DNA from: Raillietiella orientalis
Lineage: Eukaryota
DNA: 64,000 nt
Reading direction: 5' to 3'
Assembly: GCA_036172245.1 (NCBI GenBank)
Contig: JAYWIR010000006.1
Location: forward strand, 3,658,001-3,722,000
Position 1 is the stretch's first letter. Every line of letters begins with the position of its first letter. This document shows positions 1-12,818 of this stretch, piece by piece. Under the pieces are notes generated by a model. It ran no database searches, had not been told where the DNA came from, and saw nothing but the letters and a program-made list of their open reading frames with translations. Made by a program: the position numbers and the translations under genes.

Positions 1-311
1 ACACACTTTATGGAAAACCATATCTTCAAAGATCCCATGGCAAGATTTTGTGTCTTTTCCGTGCTTCCTTCCTTTCTTTCTTTTTTGTTTGGTTTGGTTT
101 GGTTTTGTTTTGTTTTTTGTGTTGTGTGTGTGTTTTTTTGCTCATGAAACTTGGCAACACTGTTTTTGGTTTCTCCTGAGAAACCTACTTCACTGTACTC
201 AAGAGAGAGAAAATTAAAAACAAATGAAACTGACAGTGCACAGAAACACACACTTCATTTGAACAGGTAATCATAATAGGATAGTAAATATGTGCTTAAT
301 AAGGTACCCAC

Positions 312-542
312 CATTGAGCAAAATGGATGATCCACTTTCTTATTTTTTGATCGTAATTGGACAACAGAGAAAAGTTCATCTGAAATCGCAGGAGGATCTT
401 CGGACTGAGCATCTAAATCAACTTTAAGATTCTCTGGAACCGCTCCTTCAACAGCAATAAAATCAGGAATAAAGCAGTGAAAACAAGGTGGCACGATGGC
501 ATTTCGCTTTGGACGGCGGTGCACAACGTATACCACAGGCAC
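312..542 (-). CDS. Putative internal exon of an unidentified gene continuing off the left edge
   Basis: 231-nt open frame (VPVVYVVHRRPKRNAIVPPCFHCFIPDFIAVEG...HPFCSM) bounded by an AG acceptor (543-544) and a GTGGGT donor (from 311), phase 0 at both ends. No family recognised. Confidence 0.35.
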
Positions 543-699
543 CTATGTTTCCAGTTAGGACCAACACGACAGGGAAGGGGAAAAGGGAGGTGATGACGGC
601 GCCCGATTTTTTTTTTTTTTTTTTAAAAAAGAAAAAAGAAGAAGAAGCTGGAAATCAAAATGGCCAACCAAAGCTTCGACATTTTTTTTTTTTTTTTTT

Positions 700-925
700 T
701 TGAGAATCGGCGGGGTGGGGGCTCTTCGAGGCGGCCTTCTACCGCACGCTTCATGGCCGCATGTCGGTTCCCTCAAACACGTCAACCTCGGGTGCGTCTT
801 GCGACACACCACTTCGTCCCTCGGACGAGTGGGAAAGACCCCGATTGCCTCATCGGGAGCACCGCTCGACGGCCCCCAAGGCAAGCGGCGGGCACTTCGC
901 ACGGGCCGTCGGTGAGGCGGAAAGC
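700..925 (+). mobile_element. Degenerate non-LTR RT fragment
   Basis: GC-rich island. Mixed-frame translation gives AAFYRT and KDPDCL...RRP, resembling the EFYKT and KDP..NWRP motifs of the LINE RT N-terminus. Frameshifted. Confidence 0.3.
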
Positions 926-3900
926 ACGTGAGCGAGCGGTAGGGGTACATTACATTAGGGATCGGACTGGAATACACGCAACACGGATGGTGGTCGAAAA
1001 TGAATCGCAAACACTTCTTTTTGCTTAAAAAAAAAAAAAAAAAGAAAGGAAAAGAAAAGAAACACTTTATAAACCAATATCGGCGTCCTGTTTGCGATGT
1101 GCAAACACGTGCTTGCAGCAAGATGGCACTCTTGGACGCACACGGAATGCCATGATCACATCATTCCTTTATTAAAAAAAAAAATGCACTTGAAATGATG
1201 ACGATCACGTCCAAGCTCAAAATGATCTTCCATCAGTCAGAAGGAGTTCCAAAAACCAAAGACTTGAATCGAGGAGGGAGACGTAGTTATAAATAAGTGG
1301 ACAAATAAATAAAATTCGTAGTTAGGGATGTCTGCAAAGGGAGCGAGGGAGAGAAGAGGGAAGGGGAGGGGGGGGGGGGATGCACGCATTTAAACGCCCA
1401 AGATGGCTGCACGCGCAGACCGCACGGTTCGGATGGAGGCCCTCCGCTTCCGGGCAAAACACATCGCGCACTCAAAAGATGCGATCCGACTGACTTACCC
1501 AGTGAAAAGTTGAGGCTGACGGAGTTTCTCAGGGAGAACTTCTTGTGTCTTCTGCAGAAAGGTAGGAACCACCCCGTCAGCTTTTGACCCGGAGCGAGAT
1601 GGTTCACGTCGACGTGCCTGACGTTGACATCCATCGGGGAAGGTCTCTTCTACGCTCTGGAGTAGTCCACTTTGCTCAGATCAGCACCAACTGGCATCGA
1701 GCTGATGCCAACTCCACTGCGGGGACGTTCCACAGACGTTGTGGATTACGGGGATTTCGTTTCTACAAACATTCCGAATTCACCGTAACAAAAAGGATCG
1801 ACTGCGTGGGTTTCCAGCATTCGTGGAAATGTGGTTTTCGTATAACGCGATTTTGCCCCCCCCCCCCTCCCCCCGGAACACAAAAAAAAAAGCAGTGCAT
1901 TCCAGAATTCCGCACGCGTACACTGAGGGACGGTGGAAAACCCGAAACTCCCGATCCGTAGAAATCTCAATTGCGTAAAACAACAGCGCGTTCTCTCAAG
2001 TCCCATCCACTCTTTCGGAACAAGAGTACTGCTGAAGCTAAAAACAAAAAAAAAAAAAAAAGAGAGGAAAGAAAGAAAGAAAGAGGAAGGAAAAAAAAAA
2101 AAAAAAACCCAATGGATCACGTGGATCCTCCAGACGAGTTTGTCAACGAGGGCCCACCCCGGATTTCAAGACAAAGGTAACGCCAGTTAAGCAAAAAGCC
2201 AGACACGCCAAGAAACACAAAGGGAGAACCACAACCAACCAATGGGCTGGAGGATGCTGCGCGTGCAGCTCGGTCAGATGCAAAAAAGGAAAACAGAATT
2301 TTTCTAACCGTGGCACGCACGGCTTCCCACGGCCGCTGCGATCCCGAAAAGGCTACACACACCGAGTCCGGGGCCGCGCCAGCCAAACACCACGGGTGGA
2401 CATCCACGGGGTGCACGGAGCCTTGCAGCGGGGACGCGGGAGCCGCCGCCGCCGCCGTCGTCGGGGCGACGATCCTCCCACACCTCCCCACACGCGTTCC
2501 CCGCTGCGCAACGAATGCGCGAACCTCCGGCACGGCTCCGCCGCCGGCGGCACGCGAGGGGGCGGCGCCCCCGCCCGCCGCTGGAGGCCTCCCGGCGCGG
2601 CCTGGCGGCGCCCGGGAGATCCCTCCGGTGAGGAGGCGTCCCTGCGTTCCCCCCCCCCCCTCCCCCCTCGCCCTCGAGAATCGAAGCGGCCCTCGTGGGC
2701 AGGATCGAACGGCCGGGACACGCCCTTCGCGAGACAAGGGAGCGTGCCTTAGCATTTCCGTCCGAATAGCAGCAACGTGCAAATCTGTGCCACCGAGTTG
2801 GGCAAACAAACGCGTGAAATCAAACCCTTTTGCGTGCGTTTTCTCCTTCGAAGGCCCGAAATTTCGTCAGTGTATGCGTTTTGTTCGGTAATTTGCACCC
2901 AGCCGTGCATCCCATCCTTCGGTGGTGGTGGTGGTGGTGTTGCTGGACAGATCGTCCCAACATCAAGCATAATGCCAGTTCTCTGGTAATTCATCATACG
3001 CAACCCGAGTGTTCGAGTTCCATATGACAAATTACTGGCAAATACAAAATGTACAGCATAGCGTTCAGAAGTGTTCCCCGTACAAACACCGATTCGCATC
3101 CGACGGGTGATCTTCGTGGAAATTACCAGGAATGAAAAAATGTCGCGGCTGCCGCACTTGCCTGGGATTCATCACGTTGATCATTGGTGAATGCTTTCTA
3201 GGAACTGAGATGAGGACAACACCAGGACCACAAAAGGAGCTTGCGGTGCAGCAGATTTCAAATCTCTCAAAGTTTCTTTCAGCCGCTTTAGGGGTCAAAA
3301 AAGAACTCGGCTCATTTCGAGCACCAAGCAATATGCCAGCAGAACAGGTTTTCAGCATGCAGGTATTCTGATCCTAATCCTAATCGGTGACATGTTCGTT
3401 TAAAGTGAAGTGGGAGAGATTTCACTTGTCACTTCAGCGTAGAATTCTCAGAACACCTTCTGATGTACCTCCAGGGCATAACATATTAGGATGTTCACAC
3501 ACAAACCCCTTTTGAGAACAGCAGGATTTTTCAAGAGCACATATTTTTGAAACTTTATATTTCTTTGAAAACATCCACGCAAACTTGATTTTTTTTTTTT
3601 TCTCTCTCCCTCTTGCTGTCTTTCTGTGTTCAGACTAATCCTATTACGTTGTTTCCAGTGGAAATGACTTCCATAGTGAATTCATTTTTATGGTGCATTT
3701 GACATACATACTGCATGAGGTGTGTGTTCATTTTGAACCCACTCTTGATTGGGCTTTGGTATGTCGTTTGACTTGTTTTATTTCAGCAAATCTGATGAGA
3801 GGACAAATCAGCTAGTGTAGAGTAGGAGACTCCTTATCAGACTCCAAGTTGGGAACTTTCAGTGAAGCCTGCATGCATCAAAGCCATACAACAAATTAAT

Positions 3901-5608
3901 CAACCACAACAACAACTTGAAAACTTCATGCATTTGTAGAATTTGGATTTCCATTCCATTAATTTTCATTGGAAAAAGCCATTTCCATTTTAGATGCATG
4001 TTTTTGCATACCAAGGTACCTAACTGTGAGTGAAGATGTCATTTCAGTGCTACTCACAAGGAAGTAGAAAAACAGTAATGAGGAAACCAAGAAGTTTGTA
4101 ACTTTATGGTGAGAGTTTGCGTGCAACAGTTTGCAACTGAAAAATATAAAAAAAGTAGTGCTGATTACACATCTGCCAAGCATGGTAGTTGGTAGATCTA
4201 TTGGGACAAAACCTTTTTTGGGCCTTGAAAACAAAATGTCTACACTCTGAATGTCATGTTTTATCACTGTGGCTCAAAAGGTTGCAACATACATTCTGGA
4301 AAGTTTTTGTTTGAACATGTAAATGATTAGGATTAGTTTTGAACACTGTTGCTTCAACAAGTTACATTCAAATCATTAAACTGCTAATGACGAAAGTTTA
4401 TTTACTTTAATTAATAAAGTAATGGTACAAATATATTATATGTATAGGGGAATTAAGATACACCCATCTCAGAACAACACACTACAAAGAAACACATAGT
4501 ATGGAAATGTATTTGTATTCAAATTCTTTCATCAAAGAATGCTCAAGAGTAAAACCAAATGACAAAGTAATGGATGTTGTGTTTGCAAAGCAGCACATGA
4601 AACAGAATGCTGCAAAAAGAAAACTGCAAGTAGCAAGCTAAGATACCATCATCAGACATAGTTTACAAATTCAGAAAATTTCCTGTCAGTGTAGATTTTA
4701 CACAAAAGTGACTGAACACGTTAGCATTTCAAAAAGGGCAGAGTATCAATATGAAAAATCACTGTAGCACAAAACTATGCAATGCTTCAAATTTTCCATG
4801 AGCTTGCTCGAAGATAACAAACAGTTGTTATATAAAATATAGTCAATATATTTTGACAAAGCACTCCTTGCTCTGGCAGGAAGTTGTGCTCAAAATGATT
4901 GCAGGATCAATCGATCAGCAAATTCAAACAACTGATACATGCTTCAGTCATCACTGTATCATAATCACATTAACAAGATTAACTAGGGTAACCATTAAAA
5001 ATAGAACTCCACATTTGCAGAGACCTATTTTTACTACATTTACTTAAAACTGCACGTATCCGCCTTGAATTTAAACGTGTTTGAACATGTCGTGTCTTTC
5101 CTACTAATCCATCCATTACTGGGTGGCATCTGAAAACAGTTTAGTACATGTCTTTCACTATACAGGTCAAACGTTTGTACAGGTCCATTTGTTCTTACGA
5201 TATAAAAATACCTCAACACGTTCAAGGATGGAATTGACAATGAGAGAACTTCTATCATAGAAAGAAAAAAAAACTACTACTAAATAACAACTACCAAATT
5301 CATAATAATGACGTCTCTTCCATCAAAATTCTGAAGAGTTCGTACAGTGACTTCGACAGCGACAAACAATTTGTGCGAGCCCTATAATTCCTCCCAAACG
5401 CCTTCAGACGTTATTTAAAGGAGCCAACTCGGGGACGTCATTTTTCTTTCCTGCTTACCAGTTGGGACGTCGGGGTCAGCCGCGGCATCGAAGAATTCCA
5501 AGTATCTTGCGGTCAGTCTTGGGATGCAAGCCGACTTTTGGCCCAGAAGAACTCAAGCAAAGCGCTTAATCCGCTGCGTTTCGGTGAAGAACCCTTTCTT
5601 CCCAGAGT

Positions 5609-7297
5609 CTGCCTCCCGCAGGCCGCCCGCGCTCCCCACAATCTCGAAGGCTCCATCGGAATCCCGGCGGAAGGTGCCTCGGAAGAAGTACGCCTTGGAG
5701 AAGGAGCCCCTCAAGCATTGGGCCTTCCACCCACGCACTGGGGAGGATGCACTCGGAAAGGGCTGGCTCCCGCAGGCTGCCCGCGCCCCCCACAATCTCG
5801 AAGGCTCCATCGGAATCCCGGCGGAAGGTGCCTCGGAAGAAGTACGCCTTGGAGAAAGAGCCCCTCAAGCATTGGGCCTTCCACCCACGCACTGGGGAGG
5901 ATGCACTCGGAAAGGGCTGCCTCCCGCAGGCCGCCCGCGCTCCCCACAATCTCGAAGGCTCCATCGGAATCCCGGCGGAAGGTGCCTCGGAAGAAGTACG
6001 CCTTGGAGAAGGAGCCCCTCAAGCATTGGGCCTTCCACCCACGCACTGGGGAGGATGCACTCGGAAAGGGCTGCCTCCCGCAGACTGCCCGCGCCCCCCA
6101 CAATCTCGAAGGCTCCATCGGAATCCCGGCGGAAGGTGCCTCGGAAGAAGTACGCCTTGGAGAAAGAGCCCCTCAAGCATTGGGCCTTCCACCCACGCAC
6201 TGGGGAGGATGCACTCGGAAAGGGCTGGCTCCCGCAGGCTGCCCGCGCCCCCCACAATCTCGAAGGCTCCATCGGAATCCCGGCGGAAGGTGCCTCGGAA
6301 GAAGTACGCCTTGGAGAAAGAGCCCCTCAAGCATTGGGCCTTCCACCCACGCACTGGGGAGGATGCACTCGGAAAGGGCTGGCTCTCGCAGGCTGCCCGC
6401 GCCCCCCACAATCTCGAAGGCTCCATCGGAATCCCGGCGGAAGGTGCCTCGGAAGGAGTACGCCTTGGAGAAAGAGCCCCTCAAGCATTGGGCCTTCCAC
6501 CCACGCACTGGGGAGGATGCACTCGGAAAGGGCTGGCTCTCACAGGCTGCCCGCGCCCCCCACAATCTCGAAGGCTCCATCGGAATCCCGGCGGAAGGTG
6601 CCTCGGAAGAAGTACGCCTTGGAGAAAGAGCCCCTCAAGCATTGGGCCTTCCACCCACGCACTGGGGAGGATGCACTCGGAAAGGGCTGGCTCCCGCAGG
6701 CTGCCCGCGCCCCCCACAATCTCGAAGGCTCCATCGGAATCCCGGCGGAAGGTGCCTCGGAAGAAGTACGCCTTGGAGAAAGAGCCCCTCAAGCATTAGG
6801 CCTTCCACCCACGCACTGGGGAGGATGCACTCGGAAAGGGCTGGCTCTCGCAGGCTGCCCGCGCCCCCCACAATCTCGAAGGCTCCATCGGAATCCCGGC
6901 GGAAGGTGCCTCGGAAGGAGTACGCCTTGGAGAAAGAGCCCCTCAAGCATTGGGCCTTCCACCCACGCACTGGGGAGGATGCACTCGGAAAGGGCTGGCT
7001 CTCGCAGGCTGCCCGCGCCCCCCACAATCTCGAAGGCTCCATCGGAATCCCGGCGGAAGGTGCCTCGGAAGGAGTACGCCTTGGAGAAAGAGCCCCTCAA
7101 GCACTGGGCCTTCCACCCACGCACTGGGGAGGATGCACTCGGAAAGGGCTGGCTCCCGCAGGCTGCCCGCGCCCCCCACAATCTCGAAGGCTCCATCGGA
7201 ATCCCGGCGGAAGGTGCCTCGGAAGGAGTACGCCTTGGAGAAAGAGCCCCTCAAGCATTGGGCCTTCCACCCACGCACTGGGGAGGATGCACTCGGA
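5609..7297 (+). repeat. Tandem array, 154-bp unit, about 11 near-identical copies
   Basis: Unit CTGSCTCYCGCAGG...GGATGCACTCGGAAAGGG recurs at 5609, 5763, 5917 and so on. The minus-strand ORF starts at 5810, 5964, 6118...7196 fall on the same 154-bp period. Only a few SNPs separate copies. Confidence 0.97.
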
Positions 7298-10200
7298 GAT
7301 CTGATTCGGAAAATGTTGTTGATAGCGGACAAACTTGCAAGAATCAGCCTGGAACAAAAAGGTAATAAACGCGTGCATTTGGAAACGAACAGACAAAGAG
7401 AAAGAAAACGCAACATTTTCCATAGCTCGTACTCACATGCAAGTGAGTTTGATGGTTTCCTGTAATTGGGGATGCCTTGATGCGTGATGCAGCACCAAAA
7501 TGTCAAATGTTGTTTCAGCATTGGCGTTCTGAAGGATTTTTTTGACTCAATATTTAGGAATCAGAACCGATTAGAACAGTGGGATCCCTGATTGCTGAAC
7601 AAAACAATTTGAGAAAGTGTGGCTCATTGGGTCCAGGAAGTGCTTTCACTGCAGGACTTGGACGTGTCGGATGTGCTTCCCAAAGAGGTTCTTTCTGATA
7701 CTTGCTACTGCTTTTGGCGACCAAAGGCTGGATGCTCGATGTTGGCTCAATTCTGAGCGAACTTTGAGGAATTTCCGCAGACGCGGTTCATCGTGGCCAA
7801 TTTTCATGTCCGTTTTTCTGTGGTTGTGGTAATGACCTACGGGTAAAGTATGGATAGCCCTCCGATCTGATTCATCCGACACTCGCATGGCTACAGAGTG
7901 TCGGATCAAACGGAAAATGAATGAGTCGGGGGCCAAGGTTTTCTTCCAAATTGATGACAGTTTCCGAGATTTCGCGTGCTCCTAAGTCAGAATAATCATC
8001 GTTCCCCTTTCCCGTCCCTGATGATGCTGTTGCATAGATCGGCCAAATTTGAAAATGACATCAGTCAATGCACGTCGATGGATAAGCTGCATCTGCGAAA
8101 CTTTAATAACTTGGATTAAAATCATCTTAAATTTGAATCATGAATTTACGGAAATGCCATTAATCATTTGGAAGCAAAGTCATAAGATTATGGTCCATTT
8201 CTTTGCCATTAGTTACTGCGCAATTCGGTCATAGTTTGACGAACAGTCCTCTTAATCGAAATGGAAAGTCTTGAAAGCGGAAGCATTCTAAAAGTTCCTC
8301 GAGCATTGGCAAGTGGAGTATGTGTTTTTTTTTTTTTTTCGTAGTGGAAACACGTCATTTTAAGATACTTAAATTAGTGTCTTACGTACATACTCTTCCG
8401 TGTGTTTAAGAATGCAAACGAAAGAAGATGGAAAGTGAATTACGGGATCTGACTGCCCTCTTAGATATATGCTAGAATGTACCTTATGAAAAAGGTACAA
8501 GGAAAGCTACATTTGTACAAAAGTCTTTGAGAATCAACCCCTTCTTCTTGTTGGGTTGAGAACCATACGCTGTTCTCATTTGCTTACTACTCAAAAAAGC
8601 CGGCGTTTCATGAAGGGAAATGTTCGCCTGTTTTCAAAATCATAATGAACATCAGAGTCCGGGATAATTCTATATAGCTGGTCATCTGAATCCTTTTATT
8701 GTCTCAGCAGAATTCAACGCCAGCATTCTAATGCTTGTAAAAATCAATTATAGAAAGAAAAAAAAAATTGTCTGAACGCATTCCTTGAGTGCTGCTTCCC
8801 TCGGTGATTGCCCTCCAAAACCGTTTTGGTGGAAGACAGGATTTTAGAATTCCTCTCCTGACAGTGCTTTTTGCCCTTTTAAAACTGCTTATACATAATG
8901 TAAGGAGATCCATTTTTTGAGATTGTTTTTCGTGTGCTGATGATCTTTACCCTCGAGGGATCTCATTTGTATTTTGTCGACCTCGAGTTTTCCGTATCAT
9001 TTGCGTGGAATCCTCTGCACGGATGTCTTTTCCAGAGAGAAAACTGTTGTGGAGGATATTTTTCAGGATTCTGGATGCTGAGTCTATACGCATCTCCAGT
9101 TCTATCGTTATTCATTTCCCTTCCGTCGCAGAAAAAAGGTGTGCACAAGATACTGATTATAAATAGAATCGACTCTCTTTCCGATATTATCTATCGGTGA
9201 TCCCTGAGGATGGTACGAGGTGTGGGCTAAAGTAATTGCAGAATCTGGAAAATGTGATTTTGTTAATCGTCGTGGCCTTTTGGGATGGTCATGAGACAAC
9301 AACATGGAAAAAGCGTGGGAGTTTCTGCTCGTCGCTGGCAGATGGAGATGCATGTGTGAGTGCTTTTATCAGACTCCGCCATGGCCGGCTTAGAGAAGCA
9401 GCTCCACGACCGATGTAACCAGCTTCACAATCAGGAACAAACCGAGGAAGAACAAGGATGATAAGAGGCCTCCGTCCGCGTCGGGAGGGGTGCAATAAAG
9501 GAGCTGACTGCTTGACAACCAGAGAGCGATCGATATGCATCTCCAGAAGATGCAAAGCGCTACTCTGGAGAAGGACACACTCGATTTTCGGAACACGGTC
9601 CAGGCACTTACTCAGATCCCGGAAGATCAGAACACGAAAGGGAATGATGGGGCAGTCTAGCAGCCATCAATGCTCCATGTTGGCATTTTCATTTTTTTTT
9701 TGCAAACAAGGAAAGCACTCGAGTCACAGCGCCCGTCGTCTGGTTGTTGAAGCACCAGGAACAACCGTCCTAGAAAGAAACTTCGGGTTACGTCTCGATG
9801 AGGTGCACAGCGCCGGAAGCCAAACAGCAAAATAGAGGCAGAGACCTTCCAGATATGTGTGCTAAGAGATTTAGCCAGAAATGTTGAACATGGAAAAAGG
9901 ACACCGAAATAAAAAGACAGTTTTTGTGATATGAATTCTCTGTTTTGAGGCCTCGTTTCTCCACGTTGTGTTCGTTGAGTCGGATTAATTCATCGCTCGT
10001 TGTACGGGAGGAATTTCCAAGGCAACTTGGCATGCTCGGTGTTCCGTTGAAAGGGCGGATGAAAGAAATTCGCCCTTCCTTGTCCCCCCACGAAGTGGGT
10101 TTGTAATTTGTACGACGAGAATCTTGGATTCTGAGGCCTTCTTCAAACTCCTATGCCGTTAGCAAGTGACCTCTCAAACTGCATACATCCATAGTTGAAG

Positions 10201-10568
10201 TTATAGACGAGTCCATTTTTTCCGGGGCATTTATTCAAAAATACACATATAACGAGAACTGTGATTGGACCAGTGGTGCAACCACGCACAATTTAATGGA
10301 GACCAGCCGGGTCACCGGTGGGCGAGTCGATGGCAAGGCGGAAAACCTGACCCTGGTTCTGTTTCTCTAAATAGGCACGAGATGGCAAGAGCTCACGCGC
10401 ACGATTCAACGTGCAGAAAATTTACTTTCAGGCAAAGAAGGAATTCCGCGAATCCAGCTGTGATCCAAGAGAAAGTCCGAAGATGCAGCTCTGATACAAT
10501 GAAATGCATGGCCACACTCAAGCGGGTATCACCCCTTCCTGTCGAACGGTGGTATCGTTTTCATCGTT

Positions 10569-11805
10569 TTTCCCCAAACCCACAAGGGGTGGGATAAATT
10601 TATTTTCTTTTAAATCTCATTCATTCTACAATAACATTCATACAACATACCAACACTTTATCACTTTGAAGTCCTTGGGGGTATCAGAAGTTCTGCTTTC
10701 AGGGTGGGTTCCCAGATGTTTGGTCCGGGACGTCGTCTTCAATCCTCCTCAGGATGAATCGGTATGTGCAGGCATGGAGTCGTCCACTGTTCCTGATGCC
10801 GATTTCCTTCTTGATGAGTCCTTGCAGGATCTCCATCGGGGGTGCGGCTCTTCTGGCTTTCCTCATCTTCCACCACCGTACAAGTATGGCGGTGATGAAG
10901 AGAGCAATGGTCGTCCTCACCATGGGATTGTAGCAGGGAACATTACCGTCTCCCTGAAACATCCCGGCAAGGATTTCCATCGTGAAGCTGGTGGTCAGTT
11001 CAATGATCCCTTTCAGGATCAGCCAGTCGTGAAGCAATGTGGGACACGTCAAGACGTGAAGTCTCGTATCGATGTCTCCACATGCCGTGCAGTCTTCATC
11101 TTCCCTTCTTCCTGTGAAATACTTGAGCCTGGACCCGCTCTGGATTCCGCCATGATAAAACATCAGGAGGTCATCCTGGGTCCCAGGCGGAAGGTCACTC
11201 CTCCAGAGCGTCGTACCGATCGCTAGCAGGTTGATCCTGTCACTCCCGTAGCGATCGGCGGCTTCTTGGAGGGCACTGGTATCCTGGTCTTGATTCTTGA
11301 TTAATCTTCGGAGATTTATCTTGGTTACCCTGGACCACGCAAGGTCATTGTGGTTGATCCACACTTCGCGGGTCATATGGGTGAACCTGCCTAGCATCAT
11401 CTCTATATACCGAAGTATACGAGTGTGATGTAGGTATCCTCCTCGGCGCCATTCCTGGATTCTTTGCAGGGTAACTCTGGGCCGCTGGTAGATCCAGCTT
11501 CTCGTGTCCTGGTTGACCGGAAGCATCCACGGGATCACCAGGATGGATTCCTACTGGCATAGTTCCCTACTTTTGGGTACGATTCTGATCTTGTGCTTGG
11601 GGCACTAGCCGTTGTTTTCGTATCCAGGTGAGGTCGATGGTGTTCCACTCCTCTGCTCGGCCTAGCAGCGCAGTCATCAGGCCTTTCGAGTTGTTCAACA
11701 ACAACGCGTAGGCCCTATGCGCCGCGTACGGCCAGTCATCCCAGTGAGTAGCGATATCCAGAATGTGTCGCGAATCCATGATTTCCATGGAGTGTGCAAG
11801 CGACG
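10569..11805 (-). mobile_element. 5'-truncated LINE (L1/Tx1-like), ORF2 C-terminus with CCHC zinc knuckle, flanked by a 15-bp TSD
   Basis: ORF 10699-11538 contains CTACGDIDTRLHVLTC. The identical sequence ATCGTTTTCATCGTT lies at 10554-10568 and 11806-11820. The 3' end has AATAAA, a GC hairpin and a short A run. Confidence 0.85.
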
Positions 11806-12781
11806 ATCGTTTTCATCGTTGCCGCCGAACAATCTGCAGCACTACCATGGCTTTAAGGGTAGTAAACAATTCCCCAAAGTGAATCTCGTCACGAGAAGTG
11901 ACCTTTCGTTACTAACTGATTCCTGATTGCTGGGAACAAGAGTAGTTTGGGTTGCCCAAGACGAGGCCGATCATAATGATCCCAGCTGTGAGTTCGCGTG
12001 ATTGTACTGTCGCCTTCTTTTCGCAAGAGATCGCACACGACAGTGTTCTTCAACTTCAACAGCGGAAGAGAGCACGTCTCCATCTAGGGGCCAGCATAGC
12101 AGGAGAAGGAAGTGGTGCTCACCAGAAAATCGTTCAAGAATGCTTCCATCCTCGCCAAATTGTGCATGAGGGCAGGATGCAAGGACGTTCGTCCCTCCAT
12201 GGACTGGATTCACCGGAGATGTCACTTTGCAATCCAACGTCGTACGTAGCCTTAAATGGTTGCCGACGGCTAGGAAAGAAAAGAGGCTACTGGATCTGCA
12301 GTCTTCTCGGGTATTTCCTTCCCTTGGGACCTCTCGCTCTCCGAAGCTTTCGTCTTTTTCCTTTGAGTTTTCCTGAGTGAGATTAAGCGTTCTGGAAAGT
12401 TCCTCGAGTGCATCCCATTTGACCGCGCGTGTCCTCGGAGCCTCCTGATTCATCAGCGGCCGCTCTGCAGCTCCTTCGCCGTCGAGGCTGCTCGTTCTCC
12501 TGTTCTTCTACCGACCTCACCGTGTGACAAAATTAGAGGCGTACTACGGCTTGGCCTTTGTCGGGACCGAAATCTCGTGGCTGGATGCAGATGAGAAGGA
12601 AGAGCGACTCTATGCCGGAAGGTTTCTTGTTTCGGGAGAACAGTGGCGTGCCCAGCGATGCTCTGAGCGACTGCCTTGCTGGCGTGACCGTGTCTCGGGA
12701 AACGAGCGTTATCTGGGAATCAACCTGCATTATTCAGTCCGAGTTTTGGAGTCCCGACTGGGAGGCAAAGAATGTTCTGCC

Positions 12782-12818
12782 ATCGCTTCTCCGACTTTTG
12801 GCTGAGATCAAAGTGCAG
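12782..12818 (+). ncRNA. U2: U2 snRNA 5' half (disrupted copy, nt 1-37)
   Basis: ATCGCTTCTCCGACTTTTGGCTGAGATCAAAGTGCAG versus the canonical U2 start ATCGCTTCTCGGCCTTTTGGCTAAGATCAAAGTGTAG (4 mismatches). Similarity stops abruptly after GTG(T/C)AG. Confidence 0.9.

Noticed and set aside
7298..7362. Kinase subdomain XI-like peptide DLIRKMLLIADKLARISLEQ followed by a GT donor
   Set aside because: Isolated and imperfectly spaced; no other kinase motifs nearby on this strand.
5524..7365. 613/588/350-aa ORFs across the tandem array, and a CRISPR-like appearance
   Set aside because: They come from a stop-free 154-bp unit read in rotating frames. There are no unique spacers or cas genes, and the context is eukaryotic.
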